The position numbers were made by a program, and so were the translations under genes. Shown one piece after another: positions 1 through 9,456 of a stretch of 17,515 nucleotides of DNA; within the stretch, counting starts at the first letter, position 1; each line of letters opens with the position of its first letter. This stretch comes from Oligoflexales bacterium (GTDB lineage Bacteria; Bdellovibrionota_B; Oligoflexia; Oligoflexales; RGVZ01): the NCBI GenBank assembly GCA_044236265.1, contig JBIIGV010000063.1, positions 1-17,515 of the forward strand. The letters are read 5' to 3'. Below the pieces are notes generated by a model that made no database searches, had not been told where the DNA came from, and worked only from the letters and a program-made list of their open reading frames with translations.

Positions 1-1445
1 CCGCCGATACTTCCGAGATAGAACCCACCGTATTTCTTACAGGCATCGGTAACCTCTTCGGTTCTGTTACCCTTGCCAAGCATGACCATGGAACCACCTG
101 CAGACTGGAATTTGGCGACATAAGGATCCATACGTTGGGAGGTTGTCGGTCCAAAACTTCCAGAGGCATAGCCCGCTGGCGTTTTAGCAGGGCCCGCATA
201 GTAAATAGGGTATTGCTTGATATAATCAGGCAGCCCTTTTCCGGATTCCATCAGCTCCAATAGCTTTGCATGCGCAATATCGCGGGCTACGATCATTGGC
301 CCGTTGAGCATGACCCTTGTGGCCACGGGTAATTTGTCCAAAAGCTTTAAGAGCTCAGCCATCGGCTGATTCAAGTCCACGCGGATAGCATGATTACTGT
401 CTTTGGTCCCCTCGGGCAAAAATCGGGCGGGATTGGTTTCGAGATTCTCAAGGTATACGCCGTCTTTAGTTATCTTACCCTTGATCTGACGGTCTGCAGA
501 ACACGACACCCCAATACCAATCGGACAAGATGCGCCGTGCCGAGGCAGTCGAATCACGCGCACATCGTGCACAAAGTATTTTCCGCCAAATTGAGCTCCA
601 ATCTTGGTTTCCCTTGCCCATCGCTCAACGAGCTTCTCCATCTCCAGATCACGAAATGCCCTTCCACTCGCATTACCGGATGTCGGGAGATTGTCGTAAT
701 AACCACAAGAGGCGAGCTTCACTGTTTTCAGCGTCATCTCAGCTGACGTGCCACCGACAACTAGAGCGAGGTGATAAGGAGGACAAGCTGCTGTTCCGAG
801 TCCGCCGAGAGCTTCTTTAACAAATGCTTCCATGGATTTTGGATTTAAAACCGACTTGGTTTTCTGAAATATATAGCTCTTGTTGGCGCTGCCCCCACCC
901 TTGGCAATATAAAGAAACTCATATTTGTTGCCGGTGGTTGCGTATAAATCGATTTGCGCTGGAAGGTTGTTGCCTGTGTTTTTTTCTTCGTACATACCAA
1001 GAGGTGCTAATTGTGAATAACGAAGGTTACGTTTGCGGTACGCATTGTAAACTCCCTCACTTAGCGGCACCTCGTCATTGACGCCCGTGTAAACATCCTC
1101 ACCTTTTTTACCCATGATGATCGCTGTGCCTGTATCCTGACAGGACGGAAAAATCCTTTCGGCAGCAATCACGGCATTTCTAAGCAGCTCCGTAGCAACA
1201 AATCGATCGTTCTCAGAGGCTTCTGGGTCTTGAAGAATCTTGGACAGCTTTTCCAGATGAGACTCACGCAGGAGGTGCGATACGTCATCAAACGCAACTT
1301 CCGTTAGCTGCGTTAGAGCCTCAGGTGTAATCGTTAGCACTTCGCGACCGGCAAGTTTTTCAACTTTAAGACCATCTTTAGTGATCAGTCGGTAGTTGGT
1401 TTTATCTTCACCCTTTTCAAAAATGGGCTGGTAAGAAAACGTCAT
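1..1445 (-). CDS. fumA: Class I (4Fe-4S) fumarate hydratase, 3'-truncated by the window edge (481 codons visible)
   Basis: Not in the ORF track because no stop lies in the window. Manual translation from ATG 1445 (SD-like GGGGG at 1452-1456) gives [20 protein letters not shown]...[12 protein letters not shown]...[10 protein letters not shown]...[10 protein letters not shown]...[10 protein letters not shown]...[16 protein letters not shown]...YAGPAKTP...[10 protein letters not shown]...[15 protein letters not shown]. These are class I fumarase motifs, including the cluster-binding cysteines. The frame is open to base 1. An alternative in-frame ATG lies at 1451. Confidence 0.96.
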   Translation of the reverse strand, partial: MTFSYQPIFEKGEDKTNYRLITKDGLKVEKLAGREVLTITPEALTQLTEVAFDDVSHLLRESHLEKLSKILQDPEASENDRFVATELLRNAVIAAERIFPSCQDTGTAIIMGKKGEDVYTGVNDEVPLSEGVYNAYRKRNLRYSQLAPLGMYEEKNTGNNLPAQIDLYATTGNKYEFLYIAKGGGSANKSYIFQKTKSVLNPKSMEAFVKEALGGLGTAACPPYHLALVVGGTSAEMTLKTVKLASCGYYDNLPTSGNASGRAFRDLEMEKLVERWARETKIGAQFGGKYFVHDVRVIRLPRHGASCPIGIGVSCSADRQIKGKITKDGVYLENLETNPARFLPEGTKDSNHAIRVDLNQPMAELLKLLDKLPVATRVMLNGPMIVARDIAHAKLLELMESGKGLPDYIKQYPIYYAGPAKTPAGYASGSFGPTTSQRMDPYVAKFQSAGGSMVMLGKGNRTEEVTDACKKYGGFYLGSIG

Positions 1446-1478
1446 AAGCATCCCCCAATCTCAGTAATCGCCAATCAT

Positions 1479-1910
1479 TCAAAAGGCCTTAAAGACTACC
1501 AAACCAACAATAACCATCATCAAAACCGTGGGAACCTCATTTGCAATGCGAAGCGTCCGGCTCGCTGGAAGGCTCGACGGATCAGCTGCGGCACGCGCTG
1601 AAATCTTACCCGCCACGACGGTTGAAACGATGAGGAACGCAACCGCAGCAAGCTTCACATGCAGCCATTTTCCCTGAAGTAATTCAGGATTCAGGCCTAT
1701 CATTGCAAATCCCGCTACTGCAGCAACCCACATGGCAGGCACGGTGATATAACGATAAAGTCTGTACTCCATCAGCGAAAGAAGTTCGTGAATATCTCTA
1801 GCCCCAACTCCCCGCTCACGGTGATAAATCAACAGACGGTAAAGATATAAAATCCCCGCCATCCAAGAAATCACGGCAATAATATGCAGCCACTTCATCC
1901 AAAGATACAT
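1479..1910 (-). CDS. hemJ: Protoporphyrinogen oxidase HemJ (UPF0093/CopD-like membrane protein)
   Basis: 143 aa with four hydrophobic segments. Motifs WLHIIAVISWMAGILYLYRL, MEYRLYRYITVPAM, WLHVKL and RIANEVPT...LVVFK are typical of HemJ, and the conserved His9 and Lys86 are present. SD-like AAGGGG overlaps the leuS stop region. Confidence 0.9.
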   Translation of the reverse strand: MYLWMKWLHIIAVISWMAGILYLYRLLIYHRERGVGARDIHELLSLMEYRLYRYITVPAMWVAAVAGFAMIGLNPELLQGKWLHVKLAAVAFLIVSTVVAGKISARAAADPSSLPASRTLRIANEVPTVLMMVIVGLVVFKAF

Positions 1911-1924
1911 GGAACGAGGCCCCT

Positions 1925-4357
1925 TTAGACTACAAAGTTAACTATCTTGCCGGGGACGTAAATCTCCTTGCGAACAGGCTTACCATCCATATTTCGTTGC
2001 ACAGCATCTATGGCTCGCGCGGCCGCCAACACTTCGGTTTGCGTCGCTGTCTTACTCACCTCAAGAGTACCGCGTAATTTACCATTCACCTGCACAGATA
2101 CAACCACCGTGTCACTGACCACCATTGACGGATCAAATTGAGGCCAAGACTCGTAAGCCAAAGTATTCTTGTGACCGGCGCGACTCCAAAGCTCTTCAGC
2201 AAGGTGTGGCGCAAAAGGACTAAGAATTAAAATAAAAGGCTTGGCAACATCTCGACCGACGTGAGGCTCTTTGTACGCCAAGTTTACAAACTCCATCATG
2301 GCCGAGATGGCCGTATTGTAGCTCATCGCTTCAATATCCTCGGTCACTTTCTTGATGGTTTTGTGAGCCGCGCGCACAAGTTCTGGTGACGATGACTGAT
2401 CAACAACTTTGAATTCAGATTTTTCACCAACAAAAAGTCGCCAAGCACGGGAAAGGAAGCGATGACATCCCACAATACCAGCTGTCTGCCATGGTTTTGT
2501 TTGGGTTAGCGGGCCCATAAACATTTCATAAAGCCTGAGTGAATCGGCGCCGTATTCCTTGACGACCGTATCGGGATTGACCACGTTACCCCGAGACTTG
2601 GACATCTTCTCGCCGTTTTCGCCCAGGATCATTCCCTGATTCACGAGCTTTTGAAACGGCTCTTTTGTGCTTACGACTCCGCAGTCAAACAAAACTTTAT
2701 GCCAAAAACGGGCATAGAGCAGATGCAATACAGCATGCTCAGCACCGCCTACATAGAGGTCAACCGGCATCCAGTAGTCTTGCTTTTCTTTGCTAAACGG
2801 TTCCTTATCATTTCGTGGATCCACGAAGCGCAGGTAATACCAACACGAACCAGCCCACTGAGGCATCGTATTCGTTTCGCGCTGTAATTTTTTGCCGGCG
2901 ACATCGACTGTCAGCCAATCTTTGGCTTTGATTAAGGGAGACTCTGGAGTTCCACTCGGCTTGAAGTCATCAAGCTCAGGAAGTCGCACAGGTAATTGAC
3001 CGACATCAACCGCACGAACATTTCCATCTTGATCGTGCAAAATTGGAAAGGGTTCACCCCAGTAACGCTGACGGCTAAACAGCCAGTCACGGAGTTTGTA
3101 CGTAATTTTTTTACGTCCTAGTTTCTTTTGCCCAAGCCACTCGATCATCGCATGTATGGCTTGGTCTTTACTTTTACCATTCAGAAATCCTGAATTAACT
3201 AATTCACCCTCACCGGTATGAGCTTTCACCGTAATATCAGGTTCATCTCCGCCCGTAAGCACGCGCTTGATCGCAATCTTAAATTTCGTTGCAAACTCAT
3301 GATCCCGCTCATCGTGACCAGGTACAGCCATGATGGCGCCGAGGCCGTACGACATCAATACATAGTCCGCGACCCAAATCTGAACTTTTTCGCCGTTTAC
3401 CGGATTGATGGCAAACGCACCGGTGAACACGCCCGTCTTGTTTTTGCTCTGTGCGGATCGATCAAGATCACTGCGATTTTTGGCTGCAGATACGTAATCA
3501 TTCACGGCAGCCTTTTGCGCTGCAGTAGTGATTTTATCGACGAGAGGATGCTCGGGGGCCAGCACGCAAAACGTTACGCCAAATAGCGTGTCTGGACGAG
3601 TTGTGAATACCTCAAACGACGCCTCTGCATGGCCGTCAATTTGAAATCGGACCTCTGCCCCTTCGGATTTGCCAATCCAATTGCGCTGCATCTCTTTAAT
3701 GGATTCAGGCCAATCAACCAGGGCCAAATCATCCAGCAAACGATCTGCATACTCTGTAATTTTCAAAACCCACTGACGCAGAGGCCTGCGCTCGACAGGG
3801 TGCCCTCCACGCTCAGACTTACCATCAATCACTTCTTCATTGGCTAATACCGTTCCTAGTGCAGGACACCAGTTGACGGGTTCAAAGCTCTGGTACGCTA
3901 ATCCCTTTTCAAATAGCTTAAGAAAAATCCACTGGGTCCACTTATAGTAACCAGGATCCGTCGTGTCGACTTCCCCATCCCAATCGTAGCTAAATCCAAG
4001 CATCTGCAGCTGTTCGCGAAAGCGTCGGATATTCTTGGCGGTAGTTACGCCAGGGTGCGTTCCCGTCTGAATCGCATACTGCTCCGCAGGTAATCCAAAT
4101 GCATCCCAACCCATGGGGTGAAGCACGTTAAATCCGCGCATTCTCTTATAGCGTGAGGTGATATCAGTTGCTGTGTAGCCTTCTGGGTGACCCACGTGGA
4201 GACCATCACCTGACGGATACGGGAACATATCCAACGCATAATATTTTGGCTTTGATTTGTCGGGCTGCGGCGTTTTGAACGTCTTATTGCTCACCCAGTA
4301 AGTCTGCCACTTACGTTCAATTTCCGCGGGAGAGTAATCGTGATTTGATTCAGTCAT
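1925..4357 (-). CDS. leuS: Leucine--tRNA ligase
   Basis: 810 aa. MFPYPSG..LHVGH (HIGH motif), [13 protein letters not shown]1 editing domain FTTRPDT...[42 protein letters not shown] and C-terminal [10 protein letters not shown]-like AAGGGA upstream. Confidence 0.99.
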   Translation of the reverse strand: MTESNHDYSPAEIERKWQTYWVSNKTFKTPQPDKSKPKYYALDMFPYPSGDGLHVGHPEGYTATDITSRYKRMRGFNVLHPMGWDAFGLPAEQYAIQTGTHPGVTTAKNIRRFREQLQMLGFSYDWDGEVDTTDPGYYKWTQWIFLKLFEKGLAYQSFEPVNWCPALGTVLANEEVIDGKSERGGHPVERRPLRQWVLKITEYADRLLDDLALVDWPESIKEMQRNWIGKSEGAEVRFQIDGHAEASFEVFTTRPDTLFGVTFCVLAPEHPLVDKITTAAQKAAVNDYVSAAKNRSDLDRSAQSKNKTGVFTGAFAINPVNGEKVQIWVADYVLMSYGLGAIMAVPGHDERDHEFATKFKIAIKRVLTGGDEPDITVKAHTGEGELVNSGFLNGKSKDQAIHAMIEWLGQKKLGRKKITYKLRDWLFSRQRYWGEPFPILHDQDGNVRAVDVGQLPVRLPELDDFKPSGTPESPLIKAKDWLTVDVAGKKLQRETNTMPQWAGSCWYYLRFVDPRNDKEPFSKEKQDYWMPVDLYVGGAEHAVLHLLYARFWHKVLFDCGVVSTKEPFQKLVNQGMILGENGEKMSKSRGNVVNPDTVVKEYGADSLRLYEMFMGPLTQTKPWQTAGIVGCHRFLSRAWRLFVGEKSEFKVVDQSSSPELVRAAHKTIKKVTEDIEAMSYNTAISAMMEFVNLAYKEPHVGRDVAKPFILILSPFAPHLAEELWSRAGHKNTLAYESWPQFDPSMVVSDTVVVSVQVNGKLRGTLEVSKTATQTEVLAAARAIDAVQRNMDGKPVRKEIYVPGKIVNFVV

Positions 4358-4412
4358 GTCGTGATCCCTTTAAAACAATACACACGCGAGTTTATTCCCT
4401 GGTCGATTTGTC

Positions 4413-5294
4413 TCAACCTTGGGCTATTTTAATCGAAGGGGCTCTCTGAAAAACAATTCGATCACCCCATCCGAGCTTCATCACACCGTGATTGCCATCT
4501 GCTGCGATGATGGCCTGCTCACATCGATTTTCAATCATTAGTGGCTTTTGATCCGGATCGAAAAATCCGTTCACAAGATAGAAGTTTTTCCCTGGAGCGC
4601 GGTAGAGCTCGCGGACCACATACTGAAAGTTTGTATCGTTACGAGGCATAATGACACCGCCTGCGGCGTAGATTCCGGCGGTACTCCCCAATGCCGTGCT
4701 CACCCATAAACCAGAGCTTTTATGCTCCTCTACCCGATCCGCCAGGCTAATGCGGTACCGTGTGGTCGCCGCTGGATTTGCATTGGAATACAGGAAATCA
4801 TTAAGAGCCGGGTCTGACATGCGTGGTGCAGAGCCGTCATTGGGAAGAATCTCAGCACGAACTCGACTCGCCTCTTTGAAAGGAATGGAGTCGGTTTTTA
4901 TCTTTGCCACAATATCAGCTAAGCGGTCAGCTCCCCCAGCGCACAGATAGCCCACACTCGAACCCGAGGATCGAATACCAATTAAGGTCATGTTGTTGGT
5001 TTGGACGCGGTGACTTGCTGATAAGAGCGTCCCATCACCTCCAAGCGTCAAAACAAAAACCGTGTCATCATCAGGAGTCCAATTTTTCTTGTCGACATTC
5101 ACTTCGCGAAAAGAAATTTTGGCCTTGGTTAGTTGCTCACGAGCACGCACTACTGTTTCTTGATGCTCATCATGAGTTTGACGAATGCGATTGTAATCCC
5201 ATTCGGGCAGTGAGCCTTTTTGGAATTGGCTTTGATACCAAGCCCCGTGCCAGTCCCACGCTGAAGTTTTTGTTACAAGAAGGACTTCTGCCAT
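4413..5294 (-). CDS. nadK: NAD(+)/NADH kinase
   Basis: Contains the GGDGT motif (LGGDGTLL), the NE/D motif (ALNDF) and the Gly-rich segment SSGLWVSTALGSTA..AAGG. Start moved from the track's TTG 5333 to ATG 5294 (MAEVLLVTK, 293 aa) because GAGGTG lies about 11 nt upstream. Confidence 0.92.
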   Translation of the reverse strand: MAEVLLVTKTSAWDWHGAWYQSQFQKGSLPEWDYNRIRQTHDEHQETVVRAREQLTKAKISFREVNVDKKNWTPDDDTVFVLTLGGDGTLLSASHRVQTNNMTLIGIRSSGSSVGYLCAGGADRLADIVAKIKTDSIPFKEASRVRAEILPNDGSAPRMSDPALNDFLYSNANPAATTRYRISLADRVEEHKSSGLWVSTALGSTAGIYAAGGVIMPRNDTNFQYVVRELYRAPGKNFYLVNGFFDPDQKPLMIENRCEQAIIAADGNHGVMKLGWGDRIVFQRAPSIKIAQG

Positions 5295-5456
5295 GATTAA
5301 GAAAACACCTCTGGGCCACGATTGCCCGCTCAACCCATTGCATCAGAACGCACGAAGAACAAGACTGGTGAATACTCCGCACTTTGCATAGTTTTACCTG
5401 AGTCCCGCTGCTATTTCATCAATTTTATGCGCAGGAAAGGCAGTGAAATCGTCGGA

Positions 5457-6389
5457 TTAGGCCCTTAAATGCTCTTTGAGGAATTTAATGGCAGCACCCA
5501 CTTCCTTCTCGTCGAAAAGAAATGTGGCCACATGCCCGAAGGTGACCTCCAGATATTCAACCACAACACCTTTTGACCTGAGCTTATCCACCAGTTGTCG
5601 CGACTGCTCGACCTCGACGACCCAATCCAGCTTTCCGTGATACAGAAAAGTGGGGGGAAGCCCCTTGCGCACATACGTTACGGGAGATGCGCTACGGTAG
5701 ATTTCAGGAATCTTCGCCGGCGGCTCACCGAAAAACGCCTCGTAGTACTTATTGTAATTTCCGCCCGTCAGATCCGTCGGCGAGCCACCGGCTGCAATGG
5801 CATGTACATCCAATGACCGTGGAAGGTCTTTCAAAACGCCATCAGTTCCAAATGAAAAAACTTTCGCAGCTGGTGGGCGAGAATCATCAAGCCCATCTGA
5901 TGGCTTGGTGAATCCACCCATCAGTGCCAAGTGAGCTCCTGCCGAATATCCAAAAAGACAAAGGCGCTCCTCATCAACACCCAAGGCCCCGGCATTCCCC
6001 TTGAGCCAACGGATGGCATCTTTGGTATCAATCACCGGAGCAGGGAAACGATGAGCGGGTGCGAGGCGATAGTTAATATTGAGTGCCGCAATTCCTGACT
6101 GCGCTAATCGAGACGCCACTGCATCCATGTCTTTTTTGTCGCCCTTATACCAGCCACCCCCATGGATGACGATACAGGCTGGCGTCTTCTTATTTTTTGC
6201 GAGATCACCGCTCTCGGCAGGATACCAATCGGCCTTCAAGTTGACCCCGGTGCGCTCGGCATAAACAAGGTCCTTGGTTACCTTGGTAGTCACGTCCGCC
6301 GTCTTGGCAGTGACGCAACTTACAGTGAGGACAGCTCCCCATAACAAAACCAAGCACCCTACTCTTTGAAAACTTATCTTCGCATTCAT
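5457..6389 (-). CDS. Secreted alpha/beta hydrolase (HSL-like/BD-FAE-type esterase), probable lipoprotein
   Basis: 310 aa. Oxyanion motif HGGGW, NYRLAP, nucleophile elbow GYSAG, acid in HGKLDWVV and His in FGHV. The N-terminal signal ends in LTVS-C25 (lipobox-like). Strong SD AAGGAAGGTG at 6397-6406. Confidence 0.88.
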   Translation of the reverse strand: MNAKISFQRVGCLVLLWGAVLTVSCVTAKTADVTTKVTKDLVYAERTGVNLKADWYPAESGDLAKNKKTPACIVIHGGGWYKGDKKDMDAVASRLAQSGIAALNINYRLAPAHRFPAPVIDTKDAIRWLKGNAGALGVDEERLCLFGYSAGAHLALMGGFTKPSDGLDDSRPPAAKVFSFGTDGVLKDLPRSLDVHAIAAGGSPTDLTGGNYNKYYEAFFGEPPAKIPEIYRSASPVTYVRKGLPPTFLYHGKLDWVVEVEQSRQLVDKLRSKGVVVEYLEVTFGHVATFLFDEKEVGAAIKFLKEHLRA

Positions 6390-6415
6390 CTCAGGGCACC
6401 TTCCTTAATTTCGAT

Positions 6416-6459
6416 AAAAACAAAAGGGACAGAGTTTTGTTTCAACATCTGCCCCCTTT
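6416..6459 (-). terminator. Intrinsic (rho-independent) terminator downstream of ppiD
   Basis: Minus strand reads AAAGGGGGCAGA-TGTTGAAACAAAAC-TCTGTCCCTTTT-GTTTTT: a 10-12 bp stem with G-U pairs that form only on the minus-strand RNA, followed by a U-rich tract. It begins about 28 nt after the ppiD stop. Confidence 0.75.
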
Positions 6460-6487
6460 AACTTACGACCCAAGTGACGCCTTAAAA

Positions 6488-8086
6488 TCACCCACCACTG
6501 TCATCATTATTTGAACGACCAAGAGCGAGATATTCTGGGTTTTCCCAGATCTTACCCTTTTCCTCCAGTTCCTTGCGTAGCGCACGCTCATAAGATGTCA
6601 TCAACGCGTAACCAGCGTTCGACGCAGCAGTCTGAGCGAGCTCAGTCTGTTTTTTACCGTCAAGCTTGGCAGGATCAGCTTCAGTCCGAGACTTCAGCTT
6701 TAGGATCACCTTGCTGCCACTAACATCAAAAACTTTACCGGCGAGGTCTCCTACTTTGGAGAGCCCCATGGCAGCATCTACCAATAACGCATCTCCACCC
6801 ACTTTAGGTAGGCTGCTTGCACCCGCAGCCACCGACCCTGTCGACTCCCATTTCGCGCCTAGCTCCTTCAGGAGGGCGTCGACGCTTTTTCCTGCTTTTG
6901 CATCCGCTAGAATCGCATCAGCCTTTGCCTGAAGCAGCGCTGGAGCGCGCTCTTGCTGAAGCAACTTCTTTGCAATCTCAGCAGTTGCTTGCTCGAGAGT
7001 TGTGGTCTTGTCCGCCTGCTTTTCTTCAACTTTAATTACATGAAATCCAAATGGTGACTCAACGACACCCGAGATTTGCCCTGCCGCAAGATTGAATGCA
7101 GCCTCAGAAAACTCGGGCACCATGTCTTCTCGTTTGAAAAAACCAAGGTCTCCGCCTCTGGATTTACCAGACGCCTCATCCGTCAACGTGGATGCCAATT
7201 TGGCAAAGTCAGCCCCGGAAGCTTTGACCTGACGCAGCACATCTTCAGCGCGTTTCTTGGCGTCATTTTTAGTGCGCAATGCTCCAGCACCAGATGCATT
7301 TCGCGCACCACTGAATGATACGAGAATGTGACGGGCTTTGACACGTTCCTTAGTATTGAACTCAGATGAATGCGTGTCGTAATAGGTTTTAACTTTAGCC
7401 TTGCCTGCGTCATCGAGGAACTTGGTGACATCCTCAGATGATACGGCGATTTTCACCATGGATGGCTCGATCTTCACATAATCAACGTCAAACTTTGTTT
7501 CTGATATCTGATAGTCAAGGGCCGCTGCCTTTTTGGATACGTAGGCAATACTGTTCACAAACTGGCGAAAATTCTGCACGGTGATGCTGCGACGGATCTC
7601 GTTAGAAAACGAAGCTTCCGTATAACGCTGCGACCTGAGGTAATTGCTAAAAGCTTGGCTGCTAAATTTTCCGTTTTCGTCCTGAAACGCTTTAGCGTCT
7701 TTCAACATCTTAACAACATCGTCTTCCTGAGCTTCGACACCGGCCCGGAGCGCAGCCTGATACATCACGCGCTCATCAACAAGCTGCCGCATCACGTAAC
7801 GAGGAATTTCACCACTGATGGAGTCAAATCCGTCCTGATACTGCTGTTGAAACCTCTGTCTCATTTGAGAATATGCGCGCTGAAACTCAGTGGCAGTGAT
7901 CTTATCACCAGCAACTTTCGCAGCACTTCCTGAGACCATCATCCCGCCTCCATCCTGAGGCGTACAAATCCCGAAGAAAACCATGGCAAAAGCCGCTAAC
8001 GTTAACAGGAAATAGGCCCCGGAGTTCTGCAGCAATTTTTTACGGTCCATTTCCCCGCTTAGTACTTTGTCTTTCCAACGCAACAT
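6488..8086 (-). CDS. ppiD: PpiD-like membrane-anchored periplasmic chaperone / parvulin-type peptidyl-prolyl isomerase (SurA_N + rotamase)
   Basis: Single N-terminal TM (GAYFLLTLAAFAMVFFGI), SurA-N-like region (AAKVAGDKIT..EF..AY; AFQDENGKFS) and parvulin domain (VKARHILVS...DFAKLA...GGDLGFF..DMVPEFSEAAF...GQISGVVESPFGFHVIKV). Start moved from 8119 to ATG 8086 (SD GGGAGA at 8095-8100), giving 532 aa. Confidence 0.88.
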   Translation of the reverse strand: MLRWKDKVLSGEMDRKKLLQNSGAYFLLTLAAFAMVFFGICTPQDGGGMMVSGSAAKVAGDKITATEFQRAYSQMRQRFQQQYQDGFDSISGEIPRYVMRQLVDERVMYQAALRAGVEAQEDDVVKMLKDAKAFQDENGKFSSQAFSNYLRSQRYTEASFSNEIRRSITVQNFRQFVNSIAYVSKKAAALDYQISETKFDVDYVKIEPSMVKIAVSSEDVTKFLDDAGKAKVKTYYDTHSSEFNTKERVKARHILVSFSGARNASGAGALRTKNDAKKRAEDVLRQVKASGADFAKLASTLTDEASGKSRGGDLGFFKREDMVPEFSEAAFNLAAGQISGVVESPFGFHVIKVEEKQADKTTTLEQATAEIAKKLLQQERAPALLQAKADAILADAKAGKSVDALLKELGAKWESTGSVAAGASSLPKVGGDALLVDAAMGLSKVGDLAGKVFDVSGSKVILKLKSRTEADPAKLDGKKQTELAQTAASNAGYALMTSYERALRKELEEKGKIWENPEYLALGRSNNDDSGG

Positions 8087-8160
8087 CGAGCCGTTCTCCC
8101 TGAGTAATAACTTTGACAACTCTCTTCTAACTCTAAAAGTTGCCTGATTTTGCTGGGTTT

Positions 8161-8217
8161 TGTCTAACTATTTATTTTTCAAGGAGCTAGTGTCTACTAT
8201 TTAATCAAGAGGGCTAA
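8161..8217. repeat. Degenerate tandem direct repeat, period 30 bp
   Basis: TGTCTAACTATTTATTTTTCAAGGAGCTAG (8161-8190) is followed by TGTCTACTATTTAATCAAGAGGGCTAA (8191-8217). A partial third copy, TCAAAGCTAG, lies at 8227-8236. Confidence 0.55.
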
Positions 8218-8304
8218 AAAAATTCCTCAAAGCTAGATGGGAAAACCTGTTGCGCGTCTTGCGCGGTTGAGGTTTAATTTTTCCAAGCATAATAAGTGAT
8301 GCAC

Positions 8305-8328
8305 ACAAATTTAATGCATTAATTTTGT
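8305..8328. promoter_or_regulatory. 24-bp near-perfect palindrome, candidate operator upstream of mreB
   Basis: ACAAAT-TTAATGCATTAA-TTTTGT has 11 of 12 symmetric pairs and a perfect 12-bp core. It lies between CATAAT (8288-8293) and the mreB SD GGAGG (8345-8349). Confidence 0.55.
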
Positions 8329-8330
8329 AA

Positions 8331-9389
<1,059 letters not shown>

Positions 9390-9412
9390 CCACTAACAGT
9401 GCATCGTGTGCA

Positions 9413-9456
9413 GTGAAAGGGTCGTGGCTGACAAACGTTTAGCTTCGGCCCTTCAC
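9413..9456 (+). other. Long intergenic RNA stem-loop between mreB and mreC
   Basis: GTGAA(A)GGGTCG-T-GGCTGA-CAAACGT-TTAGCT-T-CGGCCCTTCAC forms about 17 bp with one bulge and one mismatch. The G-U pairs work on the plus strand only. There is no poly-U tail. Confidence 0.6.

Noticed and set aside
390..1081. Plus-strand ORFs 390-746, 530-820 and 824-1081
   Set aside because: Antisense shadows of the fumarate hydratase gene, which is continuous on the minus strand; no recognisable motifs.
2651..4239. Short ORFs within leuS (2651-2887, 3218-3586, 3629-3847, 4045-4239)
   Set aside because: Alternative-frame or antisense ORFs fully inside a conserved essential gene; no family motifs.
4358..4412. 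Possible T-box or attenuator upstream of leuS
   Set aside because: Only 55 bp; no T-box consensus, stem I or terminator visible.
5170..5456. 70-aa minus-strand ORF (5170-5382) or sRNA in the esterase-nadK gap
   Set aside because: The ORF overlaps nadK out of frame and has no motif. I see no stable hairpin or correctly spaced promoter in the gap.
8113..8140. Perfect TTGACA as the mreB -35 element
   Set aside because: The only -10 candidates are TAAAAG at 15 bp and AAAAGT at 16 bp, and the site is about 240 bp from mreB. Not enough support for a promoter call.
8161..8236. Mini-CRISPR array or IHF/dif site reading of the repeats
   Set aside because: The repeats abut without spacers and are degenerate, and no cas genes are present. 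Matches to the IHF consensus have two or more mismatches, and there is no XerC/XerD arm structure.
9413..9456. mreB-mreC hairpin as a classical intrinsic terminator
   Set aside because: No U-tract follows on the plus strand, and on the minus strand the G-U pairs become mismatches. Kept only as a structural element.
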